A DNA stretch of 62,971 bases, the filler included, from Licmophora abbreviata (Eukaryota), in assembly GCA_900291995.1 (NCBI GenBank). It is 17 parts of 17 records of this genome, joined end to end, with 100 filler letters (N's around TTAATTAATTAA, not from the genome) between each part and the next. Parts side by side here need not be neighbours in the genome. Positions count along the whole stretch, not along the records: positions 22,675 to 26,024 come from OLMU01006209.1; positions 26,125 to 29,264 come from OLMU01006210.1; positions 29,365 to 32,604 come from OLMU01006211.1; positions 32,705 to 44,736 come from OLMU01006212.1; 13 more parts are not named here. One strand, given 5' to 3'. The notes under the pieces were generated by a model that saw only the letters and a program-made list of their open reading frames with translations, had not been told where the DNA came from and searched no databases. Both the position numbers and the translations under genes were made by a program. Shown piece after piece: positions 25,535 to 33,673 of this stretch (the stretch's first letter is position 1; the number at the start of each line of letters is the position of its first letter).

Positions 25535-25717
25535 ATGACCATCGCCGAGCACTACAACGAAGCCGCCGCCCGCCTGCTGCCCCACATGGCGGCCGACCTG
25601 GCTGTCGACCCCACCATCACCGACGCAAACCACATCGACGAGATCGTCTTTCGCCGCAGCGAGTATCTGGGCGGCATGGCCGTCGCCATCCTCGCCATGA
25701 TCAACCAACAGGATTGA
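25535..25717 (+). CDS. Small hypothetical phage protein
   Basis: GC3-rich ORF MTIAEHY.. preceded by a repeated upstream motif. Confidence 0.6.
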   Translation: MTIAEHYNEAAARLLPHMAADLAVDPTITDANHIDEIVFRRSEYLGGMAVAILAMINQQD

Positions 25718-25727
25718 GGCCATCGCC

Positions 25728-26012
25728 ATGAGCACACGCGCACAGATCGCCATCCAGATCGGGCCCGAGGAATGGGCCCATGTGTACTGCCATTTCGACG
25801 GCTATCCGGACCACATGCTGCCCGCACTTTCGAGCTGGACGCCCGAGGACATTCTTGCCGCCCGCGAAATCCGGCAGGTCCGCGCTGACGCGCTGGACTG
25901 TTTCGACCCGCCGCGCGCGCCGCGCACCCTGCCCCGCCCGATCTGCGAGCTGTCCCATCTCTATCTCTGGCAGGACGGGGCGTGGGTGGATGCGACCGAC
26001 CGCTCCGAATGA
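25728..26012 (+). CDS. Hypothetical phage protein (MSTR..YCHxDGYP type)
   Basis: SD GAGG; YCHFDGYP motif seen in small phage proteins. Confidence 0.7.
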   Translation: MSTRAQIAIQIGPEEWAHVYCHFDGYPDHMLPALSSWTPEDILAAREIRQVRADALDCFDPPRAPRTLPRPICELSHLYLWQDGAWVDATDRSE

Positions 26013-26215
26013 TCGAAAGCAATANNNNNNNNNNNNNNNNNNNNNNNNNNNNNNNNNNNNNNNNNNNNTTAATTAATTAANNNNNNNNNNNNNNNNNNNN
26101 NNNNNNNNNNNNNNNNNNNNNNNNAATATGGCTCTGATTTTACTACGATAATCAGCACAGTAGAGCGAAGGTCATTGCACGAAAACGATGCAACTCACCG
26201 AAGGACGCCACCCCG

Positions 26216-26563
26216 ATGACCAACACCACCGCAACCCTGATCGCCAACTTCCGTACCGCCGCCGAGGAGATCGAAGCCCACCTCGCGACAAGCGCCTGCG
26301 CCGTGATCGCCTCGCACAACTGGATCGTGATCGACGATTTCGGCCCCCTGACCTTCACGGTGACGCCAGAGGGCAAAAAACACCGCGCCACCTGCACCGG
26401 CCATGGCCGCGCGCACAGAGTCAACCGCTTCACTCGCGAGGACGCCGAGCACCTCGCCCGCGCCTGCAACGCCCGCCCCGCTTTCTGGGCCGACGCCGCG
26501 CGCGAAGAGGCCACAACGCTCCGCAGCCACATCGCCACGCTCAAAGCTCTCAGCGCCGCCTGA
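26216..26563 (+). CDS. Hypothetical protein
   Basis: 115-aa GC3-rich ORF with an upstream AAGGA. Confidence 0.65.
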   Translation: MTNTTATLIANFRTAAEEIEAHLATSACAVIASHNWIVIDDFGPLTFTVTPEGKKHRATCTGHGRAHRVNRFTREDAEHLARACNARPAFWADAAREEATTLRSHIATLKALSAA

Positions 26564-26619
26564 CCCATCCCGGGCGGGGCCAAACGCCCCGCCAAACCCT
26601 CACCCACAAGGAGCCCGCC

Positions 26620-26889
26620 ATGACCCATCTGAACCCGATTACCACGCCCCGCCACCAGCTGCGCGCCGAGAAAGCCCGCAGGAACAAGGAAGCCGCGCTG
26701 GCCGCCTTCATCGGCAAGAAGGACGAGATCGACAAGATGCTCGCCCGACTGCAGGCGCTGAGCGACGACCATTTCAACACCCAGCCCGATGAGGTCAACT
26801 GGGGCGATCTCGGCACCCTTGAACACTACTCCAGCCTGCTCAAACGCATCACCGACAGCGCCTTTGGCGAAGGCGAGCACGCCGAGTGA
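26620..26889 (+). CDS. Conserved hypothetical prophage protein
   Basis: SD AAGGAG; ALAAFIGKK.EID.MLARLQALSDDHF..PDEVNWG. Confidence 0.75.
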   Translation: MTHLNPITTPRHQLRAEKARRNKEAALAAFIGKKDEIDKMLARLQALSDDHFNTQPDEVNWGDLGTLEHYSSLLKRITDSAFGEGEHAE

Positions 26890-26979
26890 ACAAACGCCTA
26901 CCAAGTTCCGCCCGCCGTATGGCGGGCTTGGCCTCGTAGGAGGGGCGCATTCTGCGCACCTAAATACGGAGACGATCCC

Positions 26980-27546
26980 ATGACCAAGCTTTCCGACACC
27001 CAAGCCCTAATCCTCAGCGCCGCAGCACAGCGACCCGAGCACATCGTTCTGCCGCTGCCCAAGAGCCTGCGCGGTGGCGCCGCCGTCAAGGTGGTTGCAG
27101 CGATGCTCACCAAAGGCCTCCTGCAGGAGGTCGACGCCGACCTGCGCAAGAGCGAGTCGGTTTGACGTAAGACCGGCGACGGCCACGGAGTCACGCTGAT
27201 CGCCACCGACGCAGGCCTCGCCGCCATCGGCATCAAGCCGGAGGATGTGCGCACCGCGCCCACGGGCACCGACGTTGCCCAGAACGAGGGGCCCGCGACG
27301 GACACCAAGACCGAGCCGGTTCCCACACGCAAGACCCGCGCGCCGCGGGAGGGCACAAAGCAGGCAACCCTGATCGCCATGCTACGCGCCAAGGACGGGG
27401 CGACCATCGAAGAGATCGCCAGCGCTCTGGAATGGAGGCCACATACAGTCCGAGGAATGTTCTCCGGCACCCTTAAAAAGCGCCTTGGCTTCACGGTCAC
27501 CTCAGAAAAGGTCGAAGGACGCGGACGCGTTTACGCTCTGCGCTAA
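26980..27546 (+). pseudogene. DUF3489-like winged-HTH protein with an internal TGA
   Basis: MTKLSDTQ..ILSAAAQR N-terminus and REGTKQATLIAML..GATIEEI..W.PHTVRG C-terminus lie in one frame, broken by TGA at 27163-27165. Confidence 0.8.
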
Positions 27547-27560
27547 TAAAGGCACCTCTC

Positions 27561-27609
27561 GACGCGCATCGAAATCTGCATTATATTCGCACCAAATTCG
27601 ATGCGCGTC
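27561..27609. promoter_or_regulatory. 13-bp inverted repeat, probable toxin-antitoxin operator
   Basis: GACGCGCATCGAA (27561-27573) and TTCGATGCGCGTC (27597-27609) immediately upstream of the antitoxin gene. Confidence 0.7.
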
Positions 27610-27621
27610 AGAAGGTTTAGT

Positions 27622-27897
27622 ATGAACATCACCAAAGACATCAGCCCGCTGACAGAGTTCAAACGCGATTCAGCCCGGCTTATCGCCCAGATCAAGGAAA
27701 CCGGTCGCCCGCAAATCCTCACCGTCAATGGCAAGCCCTCGGTCGTTGTGATGGATGCCGCCGCGTGGCAGGAGATGCAGGAACAGCTCGATTATGCCGA
27801 AACGGTGGCCGGAATCCGCAAAGGGCTGACACAGGCCCGAGCCGATGAAGGCACAGACGCGGGCCAGTTCTTCGACAGTCTTACCCAGACGAAATGA
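27622..27897 (+). CDS. Phd/YefM family antitoxin
   Basis: DISPLTEFKR..IKETGRPQILTVNGKPSVVVMD. Confidence 0.9.
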   Translation: MNITKDISPLTEFKRDSARLIAQIKETGRPQILTVNGKPSVVVMDAAAWQEMQEQLDYAETVAGIRKGLTQARADEGTDAGQFFDSLTQTK

Positions 27898-28205
27898 CCA
27901 CCTCTCTGCCCGTGATCATTACGCCAAACGCGGCGGATGATCTGACAGATTCTTGGAACTACCTGCGCGATCGCAACCCAAGGGCGGCGGATGAATGGTT
28001 GGCGGGCATCCGCGACACGATCCTCGCACTGGGCGCGATGCCCGATGCGCATCCAGTCGCACCAGAGTCGCGCGATTTCGACCTGAGGGTCCGCCGTGCG
28101 ATCTACGGTAAGGCGACGCGCTGGCGCATCTACTATGCTTTTATCGACGGTGCGGTGCAGGTTCTTCATGTCCGCCATGGTCGCCGGAGCGATTGGCAAC
28201 CCTAA
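27894..28205 (+). CDS. RelE/ParE family toxin
   Basis: VIITPNAADDL..WRIYY..VQVLHVRHGRR; ATGA overlap with the antitoxin gene. Confidence 0.9.
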   Translation: MTTSLPVIITPNAADDLTDSWNYLRDRNPRAADEWLAGIRDTILALGAMPDAHPVAPESRDFDLRVRRAIYGKATRWRIYYAFIDGAVQVLHVRHGRRSDWQP

Positions 28206-28407
28206 TCCGTTCGAACAATCGCCGCAGCAGATAGCTGCGGGCTAGCGAGACGCAGACGAAGGCCATCCCAATGGCCAGATGCTCGCTGAGCGCGGCTTCA
28301 AGGCCGAACCATGGGAACACAATAATCTGCGTGATCACCGCGAGCCCGTAGCCGACGATCACGTTGGTGATCGCTTCAATCAGTGACATGAGCCGGGACT
28401 GTTTCAT
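28141..28407 (-). CDS. Small two-TM phage membrane protein
   Basis: MKQSRLMSLIEAITNVIVGY..SLARSYLLRRLFE; typically follows phage MTases. Confidence 0.8.
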   Translation of the reverse strand: MKQSRLMSLIEAITNVIVGYGLAVITQIIVFPWFGLEAALSEHLAIGMAFVCVSLARSYLLRRLFERIRVANRSGDHGGHEEPAPHRR

Positions 28408-28928
28408 GGCTCAAACCCCAAGCGGCTCAGGGCATGACGAAAGCTCGCTTCCTGAAACTCCCGGTTCATGCTGCCATTTTGGAGGTAACGTTCACCGGGA
28501 ACGCGCAGGGCAATGGTTTGATTGGAACAGTCGGCGGCCGGCAGATAGGCTATTGCCTGGCGATCTAGCGCGACGAGGGCATAGAGATCAAAGGCATTTT
28601 CCGGATAACGACGCCGCCCACCTTTTCCTGCACGTCGAAGGTGGAAAAAGTACCCGGGTGTCGCCCGAGTGCGTGGATCATGGTTTTTCGGCTTGCGGGT
28701 TGATTTGACCTGAACGCGAAGCAGCGCCCCATCAATATCCACCAAGATATCGTAAGGTAGCCCTTGATCGCTCAAGAACGCGCGATAGCCGCTCATGATA
28801 AGGTCGGCACACACTAAATGCTCGGCGGCCTTGCCAACCTCCAGATCATCACTGCATTCGACGTCTGGCCTGTCAAACTCGCTGTCGGGCAGATCAAACC
28901 CCAGGTGTTCAAACAGCGATTGCTGCAT
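28404..28928 (-). CDS. PD-(D/E)XK endonuclease
   Basis: GKAAEHLV..PYDILVD..RVQVKS; SD GGAGG; overlaps the MTase 3' end. Confidence 0.8.
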   Translation of the reverse strand: MQQSLFEHLGFDLPDSEFDRPDVECSDDLEVGKAAEHLVCADLIMSGYRAFLSDQGLPYDILVDIDGALLRVQVKSTRKPKNHDPRTRATPGYFFHLRRAGKGGRRRYPENAFDLYALVALDRQAIAYLPAADCSNQTIALRVPGERYLQNGSMNREFQEASFRHALSRLGFEP

Positions 28929-30265
28929 GTCCCACCTCCCGTTTCCGTTCGACGTCGTCGAAGCTCTGCCCTGTTTCAGACAACTGTGCTTCACGGCCTG
29001 TGAACTGTTGCCAACGACGGACGATGACATCGACGTATTTCGGATCGAGTTCGATCAACGACGCGTGGCGCCCCGTTTTTTCAGCAGCGATCAGCGTCGT
29101 GCCGCTGCCACCAAAGGGGTCGAACACAAGATCGCCTTTACGACTTGAGTTCCGGATAGCACGTTCGACCAGCGCCACTGGCTTCATGGTGGGGTGCAGG
29201 TCATTCTTTGAGGGCCGCTGGATGTTCCAGACATCGCCCTGATCCCGATCACCGCACCAGTGGCNNNNNNNNNNNNNNNNNNNNNNNNNNNNNNNNNNNN
29301 NNNNNNNNTTAATTAATTAANNNNNNNNNNNNNNNNNNNNNNNNNNNNNNNNNNNNNNNNNNNNGTTTCACCCCCTCAGGCCAGCCATAGAGGATCGGCT
29401 CGTATTGCCGCTGATAATCGGCTCGCCCCAATGTGAAGCGGTCCTTCGCCCAGATGATGAAGGTCGACCAATGGCCACCTGCGGACTTGAATGCTGCCTG
29501 CAGCGTCTGCAGCTCGCTGGACGACATGCAGATGTAAACCGCGCCATCTGTGTGCATGTTGATCAGCACGCAGGCGTCGTAGAGAAACTGCCCGAATGCA
29601 TCGCCCAGGGAATCGTTCTTGATACGACGGGCCTTGCCCGCTTTTTCGGCCCCAACGCCACCGGCGTAATCAACGTTATAGGGTGGATCGCAAAAACAGA
29701 GATCCGCTTTTACGCCCCCAAGTACCTTCTCGTAGTCGGTCACAACGGTGCTGTCGCCGCAAAGCAGCCGGTGGTTGCCGAGCACCCAGAGATCGCCCGG
29801 GCGGCTGATCGGATCTTCGGGCGTTTCCGGTACATCGTCCTCACCCTCCTGTGGGCCGATGCCTTCCTCGAGGCTCGTCATCAGCGCGTTCAGCTCATCG
29901 TCGGTGAAGCCGGTCAGGCCAAGGTCAAAATCCGCCTCCAACAAGTCCGCCAGTTCGAGGTTCAAGAGGTCCTTGTCCCACTCGGCATTCTCGCTGGAGC
30001 GGTTGTCCATGATCCGGAACGCGCGCGCCTGATTGGCTGTCAGCCCCTTGGCGACATGCACCGGCGCTGTCTTGAAGCCGAGTTTGCGCGCCGCCTCGAG
30101 CCGTGTGTGGCCTGCCAGCACGACCATGGCCTCATCCACCACGATGGGCTGGCGCCAGCCAAACTCCTGGATCGAGGCCGCAACCGTGGAAACTGCCTCA
30201 GCATTGTGCCGTGGGTTGCGCGCATAGGGAATGATCTGCTCGAGCGGCAGGTCGACGACGTCCAT
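28909..30265 (-). CDS. ParB-N domain / N6-N4 DNA methyltransferase fusion (one gene across the spacer)
   Basis: IPYARNPR..AGHTRL (ParB), CDPPY, HPTMKP and DPFGGSGTT; the two contig ends join in frame (VK-R-HW). Confidence 0.92.
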
Positions 30266-30290
30266 GAGTGATGTCCTTGAATTTGACCCA

Positions 30291-30486
30291 AAACGAAACG
30301 GGTTAACCGCGCAAAGCGAAATGGGGTCCGACCCCCGTTTCGGTTCAGGCGTGGTTTATCAGGCCCTCAAGCCCTTGTTTCATTGAGGTTGCGCGCAAAG
30401 CGAAACGAAACGGGTGTTTTTGCCGGTGTCACTGGGAAACCCTCGCGCCCAGCCCCCCCGTATACGGTTTCCGCAAGGAAGGACCC
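30291..30486 (-). other. Lambda-like cos packaging site (cosQ, cosN, cosB-like repeats)
   Basis: Minus strand GGGTCCT..TACGGGGGGGCTGGGCGCG parallels lambda GGGTCCT..TACG GGGCGGCGACCT CGCG; three CGAAACGGG repeats follow. Confidence 0.75.
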
Positions 30487-30623
30487 ATTAAATTTCAATG
30501 GGTTAGATGTATCACAAAATCGACTAGAGACGTTTTTTTGAGATACCGGTTACCATTTACACCGCCGCAAACCCGTTCAAACCGACCCTGCTCTCTCAGC
30601 CACACGACGGTCATCATATCGTT

Positions 30624-30683
30624 TTTATAGCCTCTCAATCGGAATCTGTCACAGCTTACAGTGTCTCACCGAAAAGTGTCTCA
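30624..30683 (-). promoter_or_regulatory. Putative late promoter with three TG[AT]GACA repeats at 15-bp pitch
   Basis: Plus-strand ctgtcaca 30646, gtgtctca 30661, gtgtctca 30676; minus-strand TATAAA at 30629-30624. Confidence 0.55.
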
Positions 30684-30716
30684 GACGCACGAGCGGGGTT
30701 GACAGTTTCTGACCGA

Positions 30717-31892
30717 TCAGATCGGCAAAGGCTCAGTGCCGCGGTCCAGCAGAGCCAGGTAATTCGAATAGGCATAGATGCGACCGCGCTGTTTCCCGGT
30801 CGTCTCTCGAATGATGCCTAGCTCCGCGAGCTTCTCAAGGGCGCCGCTCGCGGTCGGAAATGAGGTATTAAGGCCATCTGCAACCGCCTGGATTGTGACG
30901 ACCGGCCGGGCCTGCATAAATTCATGCACGCGCAGCGCCGAAGGCGCCGAGCGGCCAAGCGTGGAAATCTGCTGGCGATGCCCCTCGAACATCGCGATCA
31001 GCTCGCGGGCTGTGTCGGCAGCCTGTTCGGCGGTTTCCGCGACACCGGAGAGGAAAAACTCCATCCAAGTCTCCCAGGCACCGGCTTGACGGACTTCCTG
31101 CAGAAGCCGGTAGTAATCGTCTCGCCGCGATTTCAGGAACAAGCTGAGATAGAGGATCGGTTCATGCAGCACGCCTGCTTCGACCAGGATCAGGGTGATG
31201 AGCAATCGCCCGAGCCGGCCATTGCCGTCGAGGAAGGGGTGTATGGTCTCGAACTGAACATGGGCGAGGCCCGCGCGGATAAGCGGTGGCAGTCCGGCAT
31301 CGTCGGCATGCAGAAACCTTTCAAAGGCATCGAGACAGTCATCGAGGTGGTTTGGCGGCGGCGGCACGAACAAGGCGTTACCGGGGCGAGTGCCCCCTAT
31401 CCAATTCTGTGAACGGCGGAATTCACCAGGCTGTTTCGTGACACCGCGCCCGGATCTTAAGATGATCTGATGCATCTCGCGGATCAGTCGGAGCGAGAGC
31501 GGAAAACCGCCACGGATGCGCGCAACCCCATGCTCGATTGCAGCAACATAGTTGGATACCTCGGTGACATCTTCGAGTTCTACCGATGGTTTCTCATCGT
31601 TCTCGTAAAGCAGGAGATCGGACAACGAGGACTGAGTTCCCTCGATCTGAGATGACAGAAGCGCCTCCTTGCGCACGTACATGTAAAGAAAGAGCGGCGT
31701 GGACGGCAGGATCGTCGTAACGCCATCCAGCCGACCCACAGCGGCCACCGCGCGCTCGTAGATACTCATGAATTGCGGCAGTTCCAGTGGTGGGATTGGC
31801 GGGAGTGGCGCAGGAACATAGGCACGCAGGCGTTCGCCGCCTGCGCTTGTTTCAACGAAGGTGCCCAGCCTTTGATTGCGCTTTTCCGCCAT
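30717..31892 (-). CDS. Fic family protein (class II) with C-terminal HTH
   Basis: HPFLDGNGRLGR catalytic motif; SSQIEG inhibitory motif. Confidence 0.93.
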   Translation of the reverse strand: MAEKRNQRLGTFVETSAGGERLRAYVPAPLPPIPPLELPQFMSIYERAVAAVGRLDGVTTILPSTPLFLYMYVRKEALLSSQIEGTQSSLSDLLLYENDEKPSVELEDVTEVSNYVAAIEHGVARIRGGFPLSLRLIREMHQIILRSGRGVTKQPGEFRRSQNWIGGTRPGNALFVPPPPNHLDDCLDAFERFLHADDAGLPPLIRAGLAHVQFETIHPFLDGNGRLGRLLITLILVEAGVLHEPILYLSLFLKSRRDDYYRLLQEVRQAGAWETWMEFFLSGVAETAEQAADTARELIAMFEGHRQQISTLGRSAPSALRVHEFMQARPVVTIQAVADGLNTSFPTASGALEKLAELGIIRETTGKQRGRIYAYSNYLALLDRGTEPLPI

Positions 31893-31966
31893 TGTGCGAA
31901 CCTTTAATAGCCACCACACCTTATTAAACTATTTTGGCTCAAGCTTGAATAGTAAACCTCCTTTAT

Positions 31967-32398
31967 TCAAGAGCCACGCGTCTTTGCGACCACAAAGTCC
32001 ATTGACCGTTTGCGTGGCGCGGTTCGGCCGTTCAATCTCCAAACGATCACGGCCAAACCATACTCATGCCTCCGGTTCGCCGTGGCCCTGCTGATGCCAT
32101 GCTCCCAGCAGATCCCCTTCCAGGCCTTGCGGTTGGCGCGCGCCCAGAGGATCTGACCGATATCCTTGTCCACCCACCGCAGCCAGAGCATCGCCTCATC
32201 TGCATCGGTGATCATGCGAGGAGATGGAAGCGGCTTTTTCATCCGAGGTTCCTGTCCCACCTGATCGGCAAAGGTGGAAAGGTATTCCGGCCAAGCGCTG
32301 ACATAGCCCTGCGGGCGCACCGGTGGCATTGAGCGCATGACGTCTGCTGCAAGGTCCAACCTGTCAGCCACCATTGCCCGGGTCCATTCATCGGCCAT
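31967..32398 (-). CDS. DUF6362-like HTH protein, candidate late regulator
   Basis: LPSPRMIT..EAMLWLRW and HTH ICWEHGISRATANRR; last gene of the replication operon. Confidence 0.7.
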   Translation of the reverse strand: MADEWTRAMVADRLDLAADVMRSMPPVRPQGYVSAWPEYLSTFADQVGQEPRMKKPLPSPRMITDADEAMLWLRWVDKDIGQILWARANRKAWKGICWEHGISRATANRRHEYGLAVIVWRLNGRTAPRKRSMDFVVAKTRGS

Positions 32399-32597
32399 GG
32401 CGCACCTCCCTTCCCTGCGGGCGCTTGCCATAGAGTTTCGTTCCCAGCTGTTCGACCAATTCGCGCTCGGGCCAGGTCAGCCGGTGGTCCTCCACGCTCA
32501 CCGCCAGCACGCCCTGCTCCTGCCAGCCATCGCGCTTGACCTGTTCAGGGTCACGGCGGTTGCCGCCGTAACCCTTGGGAGTGAACCGCATACCCAT
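32388..32597 (-). CDS. Conserved hypothetical phage protein
   Basis: PKGYGG.RR.PEQVKRDGW..LTWPERE; translationally coupled on both sides. Confidence 0.75.
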   Translation of the reverse strand: MGMRFTPKGYGGNRRDPEQVKRDGWQEQGVLAVSVEDHRLTWPERELVEQLGTKLYGKRPQGREVRHGR

Positions 32598-32731
32598 CAG
32601 GCCANNNNNNNNNNNNNNNNNNNNNNNNNNNNNNNNNNNNNNNNNNNNTTAATTAATTAANNNNNNNNNNNNNNNNNNNNNNNNNNNNNNNNNNNNNNNN
32701 NNNNAACCCTTGGGAGTGAACCGCATACCCA

Positions 32732-33265
32732 TCAGGCCAGCCCTCCCTGCGTCTTGATGGCCCAAAGCAGGATGGCGATGGCATCCGCCTCGTTGTCATC
32801 GGCGGGGCTGAAGCCGCGCTGGCGCGCCGCATCGATCATGGCCTGCTTGGACGCGTTACCTTTACCCGTTGCATGGCGCTTGATGGTGCCGACCGGGACG
32901 CCCTGGTAAGGCACGCCGCGCAGCTCGGCCCAACTGGTCAGGACCGCCAGCAGCCCGCCAAAGACATGAGCCGCGTCCGTTCCAACATGCCGACGAACCT
33001 CCTCAAAATAGATCGCCTCGAGCGGGCCCGACAGACGGTCGATCTCCGTCAGCCAGTTGGTGAACCGCAGATACCGCATGCCGCCGCCGTCGTAGCGGCC
33101 GGGCTTGAAGCTGACGGTGCCGCTGATGATCAGGCCGTCGAAGCCGCGCAGAGCCCAGCCGGTAGTGGTGCCGAGGTCGAGCGCAAGGATTGTGCGGCCG
33201 CGCTCAGGCGGCGGCATTTTCGGGGTTGCGCCAACTGCGGCGCTGGACAGAGTCGTATCAGCCAT
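32732..33265 (-). CDS. RuvC-like Holliday junction resolvase
   Basis: ILALDLGTTTGWA, FEEV, TIKRHATGKGNASK and DDNEADA; SD AAAGGAG. Confidence 0.85.
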   Translation of the reverse strand: MADTTLSSAAVGATPKMPPPERGRTILALDLGTTTGWALRGFDGLIISGTVSFKPGRYDGGGMRYLRFTNWLTEIDRLSGPLEAIYFEEVRRHVGTDAAHVFGGLLAVLTSWAELRGVPYQGVPVGTIKRHATGKGNASKQAMIDAARQRGFSPADDNEADAIAILLWAIKTQGGLA

Positions 33266-33387
33266 GAGTGGTCTCCTTTTCTGGTTGGCTGCTCGGGTGG
33301 AAGACGACGGCGGTTGATGCTTGGCGGTACCGGCCGCCGTCGTCGGATTGATCTCGAGCCAGAACTTCGGCCCGAGCAGATTGCCCA

Positions 33388-33655
33388 GGGGTGGGTGGTG
33401 GACCTCCTCCCTTGCGGGGGAGTCCACCCACCCCTTTAGGGGTGCTTTTTCTGAAATCTGAAATCTGGCGCAGATCACTGATTTCATTGAGATTTTCCAG
33501 ATTTTGGAGCAGATTTTGCAAACCCCGTTCCGAAATCTGGAAACTGGCTCTCAACCCACTGAAAGATAATGGAAAAAACCAGATCTCAGATTTTTCGCGG
33601 CAGCCAGATTTTGCAAAATCTGGCCAGATTTCGGAACATGGACCCCAGATTTTGG
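33388..33655. repeat. Iteron-like CAGATTT/AAATCTG cluster with hairpins; putative replication origin
   Basis: Ten exact heptamers in both orientations between 33454 and 33652, directly downstream of the primase-helicase gene. Confidence 0.75.
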
Positions 33656-33673
33656 AAGGCAAAACAGCGTGTT

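Noticed and set aside
27163..27165. TGA as evidence of an alternative genetic code or selenocysteine
   Set aside because: Neighbouring phage genes use TGA as stop and TGG for Trp; a single nonsense change or base error is simpler.
32570..32739. Direct repeat of about 35 bp, as an att site or target duplication
   Set aside because: It flanks a spacer exactly, and merging the copies restores the normal gene overlap, so it is a contig overlap.
33451..33655. Repeat cluster near a Cas4-like gene, as a CRISPR array
   Set aside because: The repeats are 7 bp, irregularly spaced and in both orientations; the Cas4-like nuclease belongs to the phage recombination module.
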